From the IMG/VR virus record IMGVR_UViG_3300013232_000154: DNA of 64,000 bases. One strand, given 5' to 3'. Every line of letters starts with the position of its first letter. The stretch's first letter is position 1. Both the position numbers and the translations under genes were made by a program. Below the pieces are notes generated by a model that saw only the letters and a list, made by a program, of their open reading frames with translations, made no database searches and had not been told where the DNA came from. The DNA comes from an uncultured virus (IMG/VR IMGVR_UViG_3300013232_000154). Lineage: Duplodnaviria; Heunggongvirae; Uroviricota; Caudoviricetes. Shown one piece after another: positions 54,728 to 64,000 of the stretch.

Positions 54728-55519
54728 ATGATCAAGGAAACGATCGTAGATCTGGAAACTTGCTCTGCTTGCTGCTTGTCTTGCTCGTTCTGTCCAAGAC
54801 AGAGGATACATAGGCGCAACGTCACCATCGACCCAAAAGACGTCCAGTACCTCGCCAAGCATATCGGCCCTGGAAAGGTCGTCTGGCTATCTGGACTCGG
54901 GGAACCATTGCTGGATTGCCCAGACGACGCCATATCCGAACTCAAAAGCTCTGGTGCAAAGGTATACTCGAACTCGAACGCGGCCTTCCCCAAGTTCAAG
55001 GACTACCTCGATAAGTGCGTGAAGGCTGGACTCTCCTTCCTCAACATCAGCGTCTACGGATGGGATGAAGAAAGCTATGCCTCTACCAGTGGACACGACA
55101 AGTTCAAGCTGGTCCAAGAAAACGTGGCGCATGCCATCAAGGTCCTACCCACGCGCATCTCGTTCGTACAGACAGAGACCTCTCCAGAAGATGTCAAGGA
55201 ACGCCTGACGTTTGCGTTCTGGACGGAAAGGATCAGACTTCTGAGGGAGCATGGACGGGCTGATGCATCTCCGCAAAAGCCGCCTCCCCAATGCGCCCTC
55301 TGTCAGAACTATCTTTTCATCACCTCGGATGGCCGAGCGTTGGCTTGCGTCAACGACGTGGAAATGTCTGAGCCATTCGGCTTCCAGTACGAGTTGGCCC
55401 ACGCCATGAAGAGCCAATATCCTTGGCCGTTCTGCTACAAATGCGACTGCGGAGCACGCTTCGCATCGTTCAAAGAAGGCTTCCTAGAAAGAGTTATGAC
55501 TCTTGATGGCAGGCCTTGA
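54728..55519 (+). CDS. radical SAM protein with SPASM/twitch-like tail
   Basis: CLSCSFC (CxxxCxxC), GLGEPLL, C-terminal Cys cluster. Confidence 0.85.
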   Translation: MIKETIVDLETCSACCLSCSFCPRQRIHRRNVTIDPKDVQYLAKHIGPGKVVWLSGLGEPLLDCPDDAISELKSSGAKVYSNSNAAFPKFKDYLDKCVKAGLSFLNISVYGWDEESYASTSGHDKFKLVQENVAHAIKVLPTRISFVQTETSPEDVKERLTFAFWTERIRLLREHGRADASPQKPPPQCALCQNYLFITSDGRALACVNDVEMSEPFGFQYELAHAMKSQYPWPFCYKCDCGARFASFKEGFLERVMTLDGRP

Positions 55520-55566
55520 CGTGCCAAAACGGCATGGTATCCTTGATAAAGACAAAGGAGCAAGTC

Positions 55567-55929
55567 ATGGCCAAACGCGGCGGAATCAGAAAGATCGGAG
55601 ACGTACCCGAGAAGAAGGTCTGTAACCACCCAGAACACAATCCTCCCATGCATTGGAGTCCTCCACCTGGTACCTACGAGTACGTCTGCCCGAGTTGCGG
55701 AAACAAAAAGACCATTCACATCGGACCAGCATTCCTCGTCGACTTGAGATACGGAGCCATCCCGTCCGCAGAGGCGTTCCTTGAACACGCCAAGACCGAG
55801 GCCAAGACCTACCCGTCCGACGCGGTCATCCACAGGTACGTTCCAATCCTGGAAAATTTGGTGGTTGACCTCAAAAAGGCCCAGGAATACCACGTCATCA
55901 GCCAGCTTCTCTCCAGAGCTACCCGCTAA
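55567..55929 (+). CDS. hypothetical protein
   Basis: CNHPEHNPP..CPSCG. Confidence 0.65.
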   Translation: MAKRGGIRKIGDVPEKKVCNHPEHNPPMHWSPPPGTYEYVCPSCGNKKTIHIGPAFLVDLRYGAIPSAEAFLEHAKTEAKTYPSDAVIHRYVPILENLVVDLKKAQEYHVISQLLSRATR

Positions 55930-55941
55930 GGAGCGTCAAAA

Positions 55942-56610
55942 ATGCCCGACCACATCCACAACACCTTGACCATTGAGGCTCCAAAAACAGTCCTTGATGA
56001 ACTGCTTCGCCTCATCATCGTGGACTCAAAGGACGGCCCGTTCTTGGTAAAGTGGTTTGACTTTAACCAAGTCTTCCCTTACCCCAAACGTTTCGCTGAC
56101 TTAGACAGGAAAGCGGACGAATGGGACAAGATGTACGAGAAGGCTTGTGAAGACGGGTCTTGTCCAGATCTTGACAAGAAAGAGGACGCAAACGGGTTCA
56201 GAATCGTTGGCCCTGCGCGTAAAAAGTGGTTTGATGATCACCCCCGCCCAAAAGACGGGTTCAACTCTGGCGGAATGGACTGGAATGTTGTCACGTGGGG
56301 AACCAAATGGAACAGCTACGAGACGAAGGTCACCAAACCCAAGCGCAAGGAAAAAGGATCCGACACCTTCGTGGTCAAGGTCAACTTCAAGACGGCATGG
56401 GAACCGCCCATTCCCATCATCTACGGAATCGCTGCGATCTACCCCGAGGCTAAGCTCCGCTTGTCTTACAACATGGAAGGGCATAAGGAGTTTGAGCGCA
56501 GCATTGACGTTCAAGGGCCGTCGCGCCAAGAGTTTACGGGTAGCAAGTACCCCCAGAATGCTACCTTCAAATGCTCACGGACAGAGTGTTCCCTCAGGGC
56601 GATCAGATAG
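55942..56610 (+). CDS. DUF1281/YubB ferredoxin-like protein
   Basis: FDFN..P, WGTKWN, FKTAWEPP. Confidence 0.75.
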   Translation: MPDHIHNTLTIEAPKTVLDELLRLIIVDSKDGPFLVKWFDFNQVFPYPKRFADLDRKADEWDKMYEKACEDGSCPDLDKKEDANGFRIVGPARKKWFDDHPRPKDGFNSGGMDWNVVTWGTKWNSYETKVTKPKRKEKGSDTFVVKVNFKTAWEPPIPIIYGIAAIYPEAKLRLSYNMEGHKEFERSIDVQGPSRQEFTGSKYPQNATFKCSRTECSLRAIR

Positions 56611-56707
56611 GCACGCGATTTTAGAGTTGACATCACATCATGTGATGTTAGATTAGAGACATGTGAAGTTGAGGACGTCAAGGGACCAAAGACAAGGAGA
56701 CGTGAAC

Positions 56708-57658
56708 ATGTGGCATCCCGACCCCGTTGCAGAGCAGTTGATGAAAGAAATCGGCATGGAGTTCTTCGTCAAGACGAACATCCCCATCAAGGACATCAAG
56801 CTGAAGGAGTCACTGCGCCTCAACGCCAGGCCCACCGATCCCGCCGACGCCAACTTCGTCGCCAAGTATGCCTATGACATGGCCCATGGCGCGACCTTCC
56901 CCATGCCCGTCATCACTTCCATGGGCATCCTCCTCGCTGGCGTCCAGCGCCTCAGCGCAGCGGAAGACGCTGGCCGTAAGACAGTCGACGCCTACGTCAC
57001 CAAGAACTGCTCCGACGAGCAGATCGCCGACTTCATCCGTCGCGACAACGCCCGCCACGGAAAGGGAACCACAGAAGACGAGCGGATCACGCAATGCGTC
57101 AGCTTCCACAAGATGTACGGTCGGACGCTCCGCGACCTCTGCAACCAGTACTTCGGTGGCCAGCAGAACATGTACACCAAACTCGTCAAGGCCAACGAGG
57201 TCAGAAAGGTCCAGGAACGGCTCCTCGCGAAAGGCATCCAGACCCACCTCGAAACTTCCGCACTCGCTGAAATGCACCAGATCCAAGACGACAACGTCCT
57301 CTGCGACGTCCACCGCGTCGTCTCCGACCATCACCTCAACGTCAAGCAAGTCGGCGAACTGGTCTCCGAAGTCTGCTCAAAGGGTTCCGAGTCCGAACGC
57401 AAGGCCGTCTGCGTCGCCAAGAGGACGGAACTGGAACATCATACCAAAACGGGAATCGTCAAACCCGAGAACGCCCTCCGCAAACAAATCCTCTCCTTCA
57501 ACAAGGGCATGTCCGTCGGATGCAACGGCAAGCCGTTCCCGCCCATCGACCAGTTGGCCTTGGACAAGAAACAGATGTCCGAGATGAAGGCCGCCATCGA
57601 CGAGGCGATCGGCAACCTCAAGCGGTTGAAGGAGAAATCCAAATGGGCAAAGGTGTAA
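56708..57658 (+). CDS. ParB-like DNA-binding protein
   Basis: Y..DM..G..FP..V, LAGVQRL.A, NARHG. Confidence 0.6.
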   Translation: MWHPDPVAEQLMKEIGMEFFVKTNIPIKDIKLKESLRLNARPTDPADANFVAKYAYDMAHGATFPMPVITSMGILLAGVQRLSAAEDAGRKTVDAYVTKNCSDEQIADFIRRDNARHGKGTTEDERITQCVSFHKMYGRTLRDLCNQYFGGQQNMYTKLVKANEVRKVQERLLAKGIQTHLETSALAEMHQIQDDNVLCDVHRVVSDHHLNVKQVGELVSEVCSKGSESERKAVCVAKRTELEHHTKTGIVKPENALRKQILSFNKGMSVGCNGKPFPPIDQLALDKKQMSEMKAAIDEAIGNLKRLKEKSKWAKV

Positions 57659-58347
57659 GCGGTTGCGCTGACCTGGCCGAGATGGCCGAGATATTCTTAG
57701 CGGATAGACAGTGGCATCGCATGTCCGAGGTCGTCATGGTGGTGGGTCCGCAAATCCCTCCAGAACGGGCCACGTGGTTCTACCAGGCCATGCGCCCCGA
57801 GAGAACCCCTGGGAAATGCGACATGATCCAGAAGGTACGGGAGGGGACGCGACGTGGCGTCTATCTCGCCCTTCGCCGACTCATAGAACGCGGACAAGCC
57901 GAGTTCAGAGAGACGACCGACCCGTCTCTCCCGAAGAAGCCGGACAACCGCGAGTACAAGCTGCTCATGTCCTCCGAGGAGCTTGAAAAACTAAAGGCCG
58001 AAAAGAAGGCCAAAGAACCCACCGCCGAGGCTCAAAAGAAGCCCGATGAGACCACAAAACCAAAGCGATTACGGAAACGAACCTCCATGTCGACCACCAT
58101 CGCCCAGCCAGATCAGACACACTACCCAAAGGAGGCCCTCAACAGCGCCATGGCTTTCCTAGAGGATGTCGATGCCATGCGTGACATGTTCTCGGAACAG
58201 TTCCCCAATTCCGAAGACAAAGAGGACCTTGAGTTCCACCTGAGACACGTCAAGCGGATCATCACCATCAACTTCCTCAGCAAGCCAAAGGTGATGGAGC
58301 CAGCGACAGAACCGACTGAGATAACCACGGCCATAGTCAAAGGATGA
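57643..58347 (+). CDS. hypothetical protein
   Basis: coupled ORF, SD. Confidence 0.6.
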   Translation: MGKGVSGCADLAEMAEIFLADRQWHRMSEVVMVVGPQIPPERATWFYQAMRPERTPGKCDMIQKVREGTRRGVYLALRRLIERGQAEFRETTDPSLPKKPDNREYKLLMSSEELEKLKAEKKAKEPTAEAQKKPDETTKPKRLRKRTSMSTTIAQPDQTHYPKEALNSAMAFLEDVDAMRDMFSEQFPNSEDKEDLEFHLRHVKRIITINFLSKPKVMEPATEPTEITTAIVKG

Positions 58348-59726
58348 CTCCCATGTCCGAGCTAGTGGTCACATGCCCCGATGGCGAGAAGAGGGACACT
58401 GCCCGAGTCGTCAACGGCATCGTCACCCTCTTCGCTGAACATCTTCGCCAAAGGGGCATTGGCGGTGAGTGGGAGCTGGAACTCTTCAAGAAGACGGGCG
58501 GAGGGGGCCAGGAAAGGCTCCTTTTCAAGCGCCAGACCAGTGACAAGGGTCTCATCTTCCACATCAGACCCCTTGACAGAGACTCCTCGTGGACGGTCAT
58601 CACCTACCCTCCAAACGACGTGTCCGACAAAGACATCGACAAGCTGATCTCCAACGAGGAACCGAAAACGGAGGAAGTTCCAGTGGTCCAAGAAGCCCCC
58701 ACGATGGACGCCTCAGACGTGTTGTGCAACAACCGCATCTACTACGCCACCGTGACCTCCCATGCCTCGCACGGCTTCGAGATCGAAATCGAGACCAAGG
58801 ACAAAGACGTTCCCACGGTGGAGGGCTACATCGACCTCTCCGACCTCGACAAGTACGACGTCACATCACTCAACAAGTACCCCGTCGGAAAGAGGTTCAG
58901 AGTCATCGTCTGCAACAAGTTGAAAACACCCGTCATTTGCTCGACGCGCATCAAAGACGTCCTTGAAACGCCAAATGCCAGAGACGAGTTCACTGGCATA
59001 CCAGACGATGACGGCGTCCTGTCCCTTAAGACCTACACTTGCAGCTTCCATCGCGTCCTAAACCTCATAGACGAATTCGCCAACGTCGTCATGATGCCCG
59101 CAAAACGTAACTTCATCACACATGACCAAGCCGTCGAGGTTGCCACCCAGTTCCTCCTCAAGAAGTACAACGCCAAGTCCATCAGCTCCAACGGCCTCCT
59201 CAAGATCATCAGCTCCTTCTGCGGAAGGATGGAGGCCACGAAATACCAGATCTTCCATCGCCAAGGCGACGGCTACGTCCTGACCGAAGACGCATGGAAC
59301 GAAATCGGCGGAAACAGCACGATCTTCGATGAGGCCCCGAAAAAGCCGCCCCAAGAGACGCTCATCAAGCCAGACGAGCCGTTCGTCGAGATCCAGCCAG
59401 ACCCCGAACCCGTCGCCAAAAAGGACACGTACGAGTCCGCCGTCATCACGGGCATCCCCCAAGCCACCAAGGAAGACCTCGAGGTCGGCGCGGAATACTG
59501 GGCCAAGCTCTGCCGCTCCATCGAAATCTCCTCCCAGATCTCAGCCTTGCAGTTGGAAAAGGACCAGATCAAGCAGTGGCTCGCCGAAAATGAAGACAAG
59601 AAGTCCGTCTGCCACAAGCTCCAGGCCATCTTCGAGGCAAATCGCCAGCGCGTCGGCGAACTTGTCGTGCCGAATGACCTTGACCACGACCAAAACCGTG
59701 GTATCCTCAACTCGTCGCGTGAATAG
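58344..59726 (+). CDS. hypothetical protein with possible S1-like domain
   Basis: ATVTS..HGF..EGYI.LSDL..YPVG. Confidence 0.65.
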   Translation: MTPMSELVVTCPDGEKRDTARVVNGIVTLFAEHLRQRGIGGEWELELFKKTGGGGQERLLFKRQTSDKGLIFHIRPLDRDSSWTVITYPPNDVSDKDIDKLISNEEPKTEEVPVVQEAPTMDASDVLCNNRIYYATVTSHASHGFEIEIETKDKDVPTVEGYIDLSDLDKYDVTSLNKYPVGKRFRVIVCNKLKTPVICSTRIKDVLETPNARDEFTGIPDDDGVLSLKTYTCSFHRVLNLIDEFANVVMMPAKRNFITHDQAVEVATQFLLKKYNAKSISSNGLLKIISSFCGRMEATKYQIFHRQGDGYVLTEDAWNEIGGNSTIFDEAPKKPPQETLIKPDEPFVEIQPDPEPVAKKDTYESAVITGIPQATKEDLEVGAEYWAKLCRSIEISSQISALQLEKDQIKQWLAENEDKKSVCHKLQAIFEANRQRVGELVVPNDLDHDQNRGILNSSRE

Positions 59727-59753
59727 CCACGCCAAGCAAAAAGGAGCGTCACC

Positions 59754-60050
59754 ATGATCTCCGTCACCGAAGCCAAACAAGCAACCATCAAGGTCAACAA
59801 CGAAGCCCAGGAACGCTTCCGTTTGATCATCGAAACCACCATCACCAAAATGATCAACGATGCCGTCAAGACTGGCGTCTTCAAGATCACGTTCTTGGAC
59901 AGACACGTCGGCGTCCCACATCATCAAGGGAAGATCTTCGCCACCCAGCTACACAAAACCCTCGGAAGTGAGCATGGCTACTCCGTCCAGGCCGTAGCGG
60001 CGCGAAGTCCGAACGACGCATGGTCATACACGGTTTCGTGGGAGAAATAA
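59754..60050 (+). CDS. hypothetical protein
   Basis: AAGGAG SD. Confidence 0.6.
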   Translation: MISVTEAKQATIKVNNEAQERFRLIIETTITKMINDAVKTGVFKITFLDRHVGVPHHQGKIFATQLHKTLGSEHGYSVQAVAARSPNDAWSYTVSWEK

Positions 60051-60068
60051 GGAGTCGACCGCAACGAC

Positions 60069-60356
60069 ATGCATGACACCATCGTCGTCACCAAGGACGG
60101 ACGAACCGTCGTCGCCCCCATCTACGAGTTCTCCCCACAGAACGGATTCCTCTCGCTCGTGGGACAAGATCGGCCAGTCGTCATCCACTTCAAGGACATT
60201 AAGTCCGCCGTCACCAAGGAACAGCGAACCTCCGCCAGCAAGGTCGAAGACCGCGACGAACTCCAGCGGGCAAGAGACTTCATGAAGGAAGCAAGACAAC
60301 TCGGATGGTTCGGGATGTCCAAGGACACCCCGCTCCAGAAATGGGAGAGGTCATGA
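60069..60356 (+). CDS. hypothetical protein
   Basis: AAGGAG SD. Confidence 0.6.
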   Translation: MHDTIVVTKDGRTVVAPIYEFSPQNGFLSLVGQDRPVVIHFKDIKSAVTKEQRTSASKVEDRDELQRARDFMKEARQLGWFGMSKDTPLQKWERS

Positions 60357-60781
60357 GCAATCTCCCGCCTGACTACTCCGAGCGCATCAAGAGCCTCAGG
60401 CTGCGCCTCAAACTGACTCAGGTCGAGCTGGCGGCAAAGGTCGGCGTCTCATTCGCGTCCGTGAACCGATGGGAAAACGGCTGGTGTAAACCATCAAACT
60501 TGTGTTGGGCAAGGCTACTCGAAGAGGAAAAACCCATGAGCGACCGAGACGACTGCATCAAGGAACTCGCCTTGCGCCTGGCCAGATGCCGCGAAAATAA
60601 TTACGCCGCAGGAACTGACGCAACACGCGACTCGCTCCTCGTCGCCCTCGCTGACAAAGTCGTCGAACTCCAGTCCTCCATCACTAGTCTCGAAGACAAG
60701 CTGAGCGACCACGAACGTCGGCAAGAATCCGATTTGCGGGCGCTCTCTGACGGCGGTCACTACTACGGAAGGGACGACTAA
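60353..60781 (+). CDS. XRE-family HTH regulator
   Basis: IKSLR..LTQVELAAKVGVSFASVNRWENG..KP. Confidence 0.85.
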   Translation: MSNLPPDYSERIKSLRLRLKLTQVELAAKVGVSFASVNRWENGWCKPSNLCWARLLEEEKPMSDRDDCIKELALRLARCRENNYAAGTDATRDSLLVALADKVVELQSSITSLEDKLSDHERRQESDLRALSDGGHYYGRDD

Positions 60782-61062
60782 TGACCCCAACGGAACCCGC
60801 CACACCAGAATTCATGCGCAAAATGTTCAGAACGGGAATCGTAGTCGAACTCGCCTACGTCTGCCTCGGATTGTTCTGCATCGCAACATGGGTCTTCGAC
60901 ACCAGCAACGCCTCATGGTCTTTCCCATGGACGCTGGCCCACATCTTCATCAGCATGATGGTTGGAAGAAGCATCGCCCGAGTCTGGGCCTTCGCCACGC
61001 GGCTCGATGAGATTGAGGCCCTGAAGAAACGCCTCGCGCAATTGCCAAAAAAAGAAGACTAG
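60781..61062 (+). CDS. membrane protein
   Basis: two TM helices. Confidence 0.55.
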   Translation: MTPTEPATPEFMRKMFRTGIVVELAYVCLGLFCIATWVFDTSNASWSFPWTLAHIFISMMVGRSIARVWAFATRLDEIEALKKRLAQLPKKED

Positions 61063-61114
61063 TGCTTGACTCTCCGCGAAAACCGAATACATTCAGACGC
61101 GGAGGTACACTGCC

Positions 61115-63793
61115 ATGAAAGCTTACAAGGTCAAGGACGTCCCCGTCGGGTCGTTGTTCTCCCTCGCTGATCCAGAAGTTTTCGCTTCCAAAGATGGTCC
61201 ACCAATCTACCTCCGCATCGAGAAGACCAAGTCCCTCGTCGATGAATGGAACAAGAACTTTAACCAGAACTCAAGCGACTGGATCAGGGAAGGCGAGGAA
61301 CTGAGCCTCAGCGAGAGCGGGTACTTGTGCAAGTGGAACCTCGACCTGAACTGCTACCTCCGCGCCAAAGAACCCCATGACCCGCGCCCGAAACAGTACT
61401 GGGACGCCTTCGAGAAGCGCTACGAAGCATGTCTCGCGCCGAGCCGAGGCTCGGCAATCAAACGCAAGGACATCAAGAGCGGCCAAGTCTTCAGACGCTT
61501 CAACCCCAGCTTTTACATCGGCATGCTATACATGGCCATCGAACGAAACCAAGACACGCTCAACTACTTCAAGCAGCAAGGTAGCTTCGACGAGGGCTTA
61601 TTGTTCATGCTCGATGACAAAGGATGGTGCTGGAACTGTAGCCCCAATGACCTCGTCGTCCCCGTCGATGACCATGACCATACCCTCGCCGACAAGTTCG
61701 TCGGCGCCTACAGAAATAACATCGCTGGCAAGGAAGGATTCCTTAACATCCCCTTGTTCTGCTCCGACGAAGATCTACGAACGAAACAACGCCGCAAGGA
61801 CATCAAAAGCGGCCAGTTCTTCACGGACTATCCTTGCAACCGAGGCGTGTATCTCGCCGTCGAACGCAACGCGGATACCGAGTTCTTCTTCATGAAAAGC
61901 CACGACGCGGCACCCTCATTCCTCAGCGCAGATCAAATGCTCTGCATCTCTTCGGACGCACGCATGCTCACGACACACAAAGAATCCTTCGTGACTCTGG
62001 CCGAAGACAACCCGTCCCTCAGAGACCAACTCGCCTCCATCTACTCCGACGCCCTGAAGGAGTACTGCGCAGACGCCAAAAAGGAACCCGCTGGCCTCCC
62101 GCTCTTCTTCACGGAGCCAGTTTTCTACAGCCCACTCCTCGGAATGAACCATGTTCGTACCTTGCCGCCGAAGGGGACGGACAAACAAGCATTCGTCGAG
62201 GCGAAGTTCTGCAACCCCTTGACCGTTCCACAGCACGCTTCCGTTGCGTACAGGCAAGCTTTCGCTGAGGCCATACCCCCTCGAACACTGGTCACCCACT
62301 ACCCGAAACAAGCGGATGACAACAACCTCGTCTTCCTGACCATCGAACGAAACGCGTCCTCGGAAAAAGCATACTTCTTGTCACATGGACATTCCAAGCC
62401 GAAAGACATTCACGGCATGCTGTTCTGCCTCGATCGCAACGGCGACGTCTTCCCGCTTAACCCACAAGACAAGCTTTACATCCTCCCCGACGACGCCCGC
62501 AAGCAGTCGTACATCGACGCGTACTGCGATCGCTACGCCAACCGCGTCCAAAACGAAGGGTCCATGATCAAATACCTCGTCCCGGGAACGTTCTTCGCAG
62601 ACACGAAGCCTGGCGGAGACTCCTACCTCGCCATCCCACGCTCGAAAGAAAACGACGGGGACTTCCACAAATACTACCCCAACGCGGTCGAGCTGAGAGA
62701 AGACGAGGTCATCGCCATCAACAAGTTCGGATCTCCTGTCAGATACAGCGGATCCAAAGACGTCGTGATCCTCGTCATGCAAAGCGCGGAAAGCAATAAG
62801 CTCACGACCGAATACCTCACCGCCTACTACAGGAAGTTCGCCCACGTCCCGGATGGCCTCAAGGCCTGCGCAAACAAGTGCTACGAAATCATCGAAAGAG
62901 AAGACTGTGCCATGGCCCGAGCCGCCCATGCCCATCTCCAGCCCGTCTCCATACGCTTCGGACCCGAACTCTCCATCGTTAAGGACGATCCAGCAGACGA
63001 ACTCCCGCAAATTGTCCGACGCAGAGACATCCCCGTAGGCTCGTTCTTCAGCTTCGAGAAAAATGGCGACCGCTTGCTGGCCATCGACAGCACGCCAATA
63101 TGCGAAAAAGTTCTTGGCATGAAACTCGGCCAAGGACGCCTCCCTTACCTGAGCATATTCGGCGGCGTCTGCTGGTGCGAAGACGTCAAATGGGTCTGGC
63201 CTCGCGGAGAGGATTCCCCACTCGCCATCAAGTTGGCAATGGCTTGGGTTGTCGCCGCTAAGGATTTGATTGCCGATAAGAATTGGACTGCCGCCTCTGC
63301 CACGGGAGTAAGCATCCCCGCCAGCGAGATCGCCAAGTCCCTCGAAATCGTCAAAGCCGCAGACCACGTCGTCAGCGTCAAAGGACATTTCACGGGCTTC
63401 AAGGTCCAACCTCCAGCAAATGACCTCGACGCCACCCAGCGCCTCTACCAAGACCAGCGCGACTACTTCAAGCGCGAGGAACAGAAGGCCAAGGACGAAG
63501 CCATCCGCCGCGTCCAAGAACAACTCGCCACGTTCATTCCAGACAAGCGACTGGCGACCGACTGCAAGGGAGAGGATAACCGCAATAAGGAACTCGTCTG
63601 CGCCAAAGGATGCCTCTTCAACTCGTTCCATAACGCCGAATGCGCAGCCCGCTCCCTCTCCGAACTCGACAAGCACGGCTGGGGCAACGTCTCGCGGGAA
63701 GAGGAACAAGATGTCCGCTCGGCCATCACCGAACTCCAGACGTTCCTCAAGAAGTGGAAGAAGAAACACGGGAACGTCGTCAAACGGGACTAA
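61115..63793 (+). CDS. large repeat-domain protein (892 aa)
   Basis: Promoter and GGAGG SD; repeated KDI..G..F modules. Confidence 0.8.
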   Translation: MKAYKVKDVPVGSLFSLADPEVFASKDGPPIYLRIEKTKSLVDEWNKNFNQNSSDWIREGEELSLSESGYLCKWNLDLNCYLRAKEPHDPRPKQYWDAFEKRYEACLAPSRGSAIKRKDIKSGQVFRRFNPSFYIGMLYMAIERNQDTLNYFKQQGSFDEGLLFMLDDKGWCWNCSPNDLVVPVDDHDHTLADKFVGAYRNNIAGKEGFLNIPLFCSDEDLRTKQRRKDIKSGQFFTDYPCNRGVYLAVERNADTEFFFMKSHDAAPSFLSADQMLCISSDARMLTTHKESFVTLAEDNPSLRDQLASIYSDALKEYCADAKKEPAGLPLFFTEPVFYSPLLGMNHVRTLPPKGTDKQAFVEAKFCNPLTVPQHASVAYRQAFAEAIPPRTLVTHYPKQADDNNLVFLTIERNASSEKAYFLSHGHSKPKDIHGMLFCLDRNGDVFPLNPQDKLYILPDDARKQSYIDAYCDRYANRVQNEGSMIKYLVPGTFFADTKPGGDSYLAIPRSKENDGDFHKYYPNAVELREDEVIAINKFGSPVRYSGSKDVVILVMQSAESNKLTTEYLTAYYRKFAHVPDGLKACANKCYEIIEREDCAMARAAHAHLQPVSIRFGPELSIVKDDPADELPQIVRRRDIPVGSFFSFEKNGDRLLAIDSTPICEKVLGMKLGQGRLPYLSIFGGVCWCEDVKWVWPRGEDSPLAIKLAMAWVVAAKDLIADKNWTAASATGVSIPASEIAKSLEIVKAADHVVSVKGHFTGFKVQPPANDLDATQRLYQDQRDYFKREEQKAKDEAIRRVQEQLATFIPDKRLATDCKGEDNRNKELVCAKGCLFNSFHNAECAARSLSELDKHGWGNVSREEEQDVRSAITELQTFLKKWKKKHGNVVKRD

Positions 63794-63796
63794 CAG

Positions 63797-64000
63797 ATGA
63801 AGATCAGCGAAGATAAGGTTCCATCCACCGTCATGGAAGCCGTTGACATGGTCGTCAACAGCCTATGCGCCACCGAGAAGTACCATATTCTCAACGATCC
63901 ACACCCAAGCTACCACCATGGCGCTGGTCGATTCGTCCGCAACGCGTGGCGGTTATGGGAGTCTGGTTGCCCTCTCGTCAAGGACGCCAAGGCTACCTAC
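63797..64000 (+). CDS. hypothetical protein (3' truncated)
   Basis: HHGAGRFVRNAWRLW. Confidence 0.55.
   Translation, partial: MKISEDKVPSTVMEAVDMVVNSLCATEKYHILNDPHPSYHHGAGRFVRNAWRLWESGCPLVKDAKATY

Noticed and set aside
62381..63769. 462-aa minus-strand ORF and similar antisense ORFs in 56-64 kb
   Set aside because: Shadow frames produced by C-ending codon bias of the + strand genes
1..64000. Genome-wide TAG recoding
   Set aside because: Long genes are intact in code 11, many end in TAG just before the next SD, and no clear CUA suppressor tRNA is seen

Overview
Segment of a large (jumbo-type) phage genome, read in standard code 11 and coded mostly on the + strand. No structural or rRNA genes are visible. 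It carries many small ORFs and nucleotide/RNA-metabolism and counter-defence genes (RNA ligase, ThyX, two Pth2-like hydrolases, NUDIX, 2H phosphoesterase, DEDDh exonuclease, Pif1-like helicase, macrodomain, NADAR, DenV-like, radical SAM), plus a Planctomycete-type prenyltransferase-repeat protein. Two tRNA arrays (about 10.4-25.7 kb and 26.1-31.9 kb) together hold about 46 near-canonical tRNAs and many tRNA-like RNAs. Main finding: each array is preceded by a promoter, a short leader ORF and a terminator/antiterminator switch, and each leader's codons match the anticodons of its own array. This looks like a codon-matched attenuation system that senses tRNA depletion. Other findings: six Y-RNA (YrlA)-like RNAs, two enclosing complete circularly permuted tRNAs; a double Met-Thr-amber switch upstream of a Pth operon; and a probable late regulon whose genes share an AGG-N18 promoter and a W-x4-CKFA peptide motif. 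All calls were made by eye; no searches were run.
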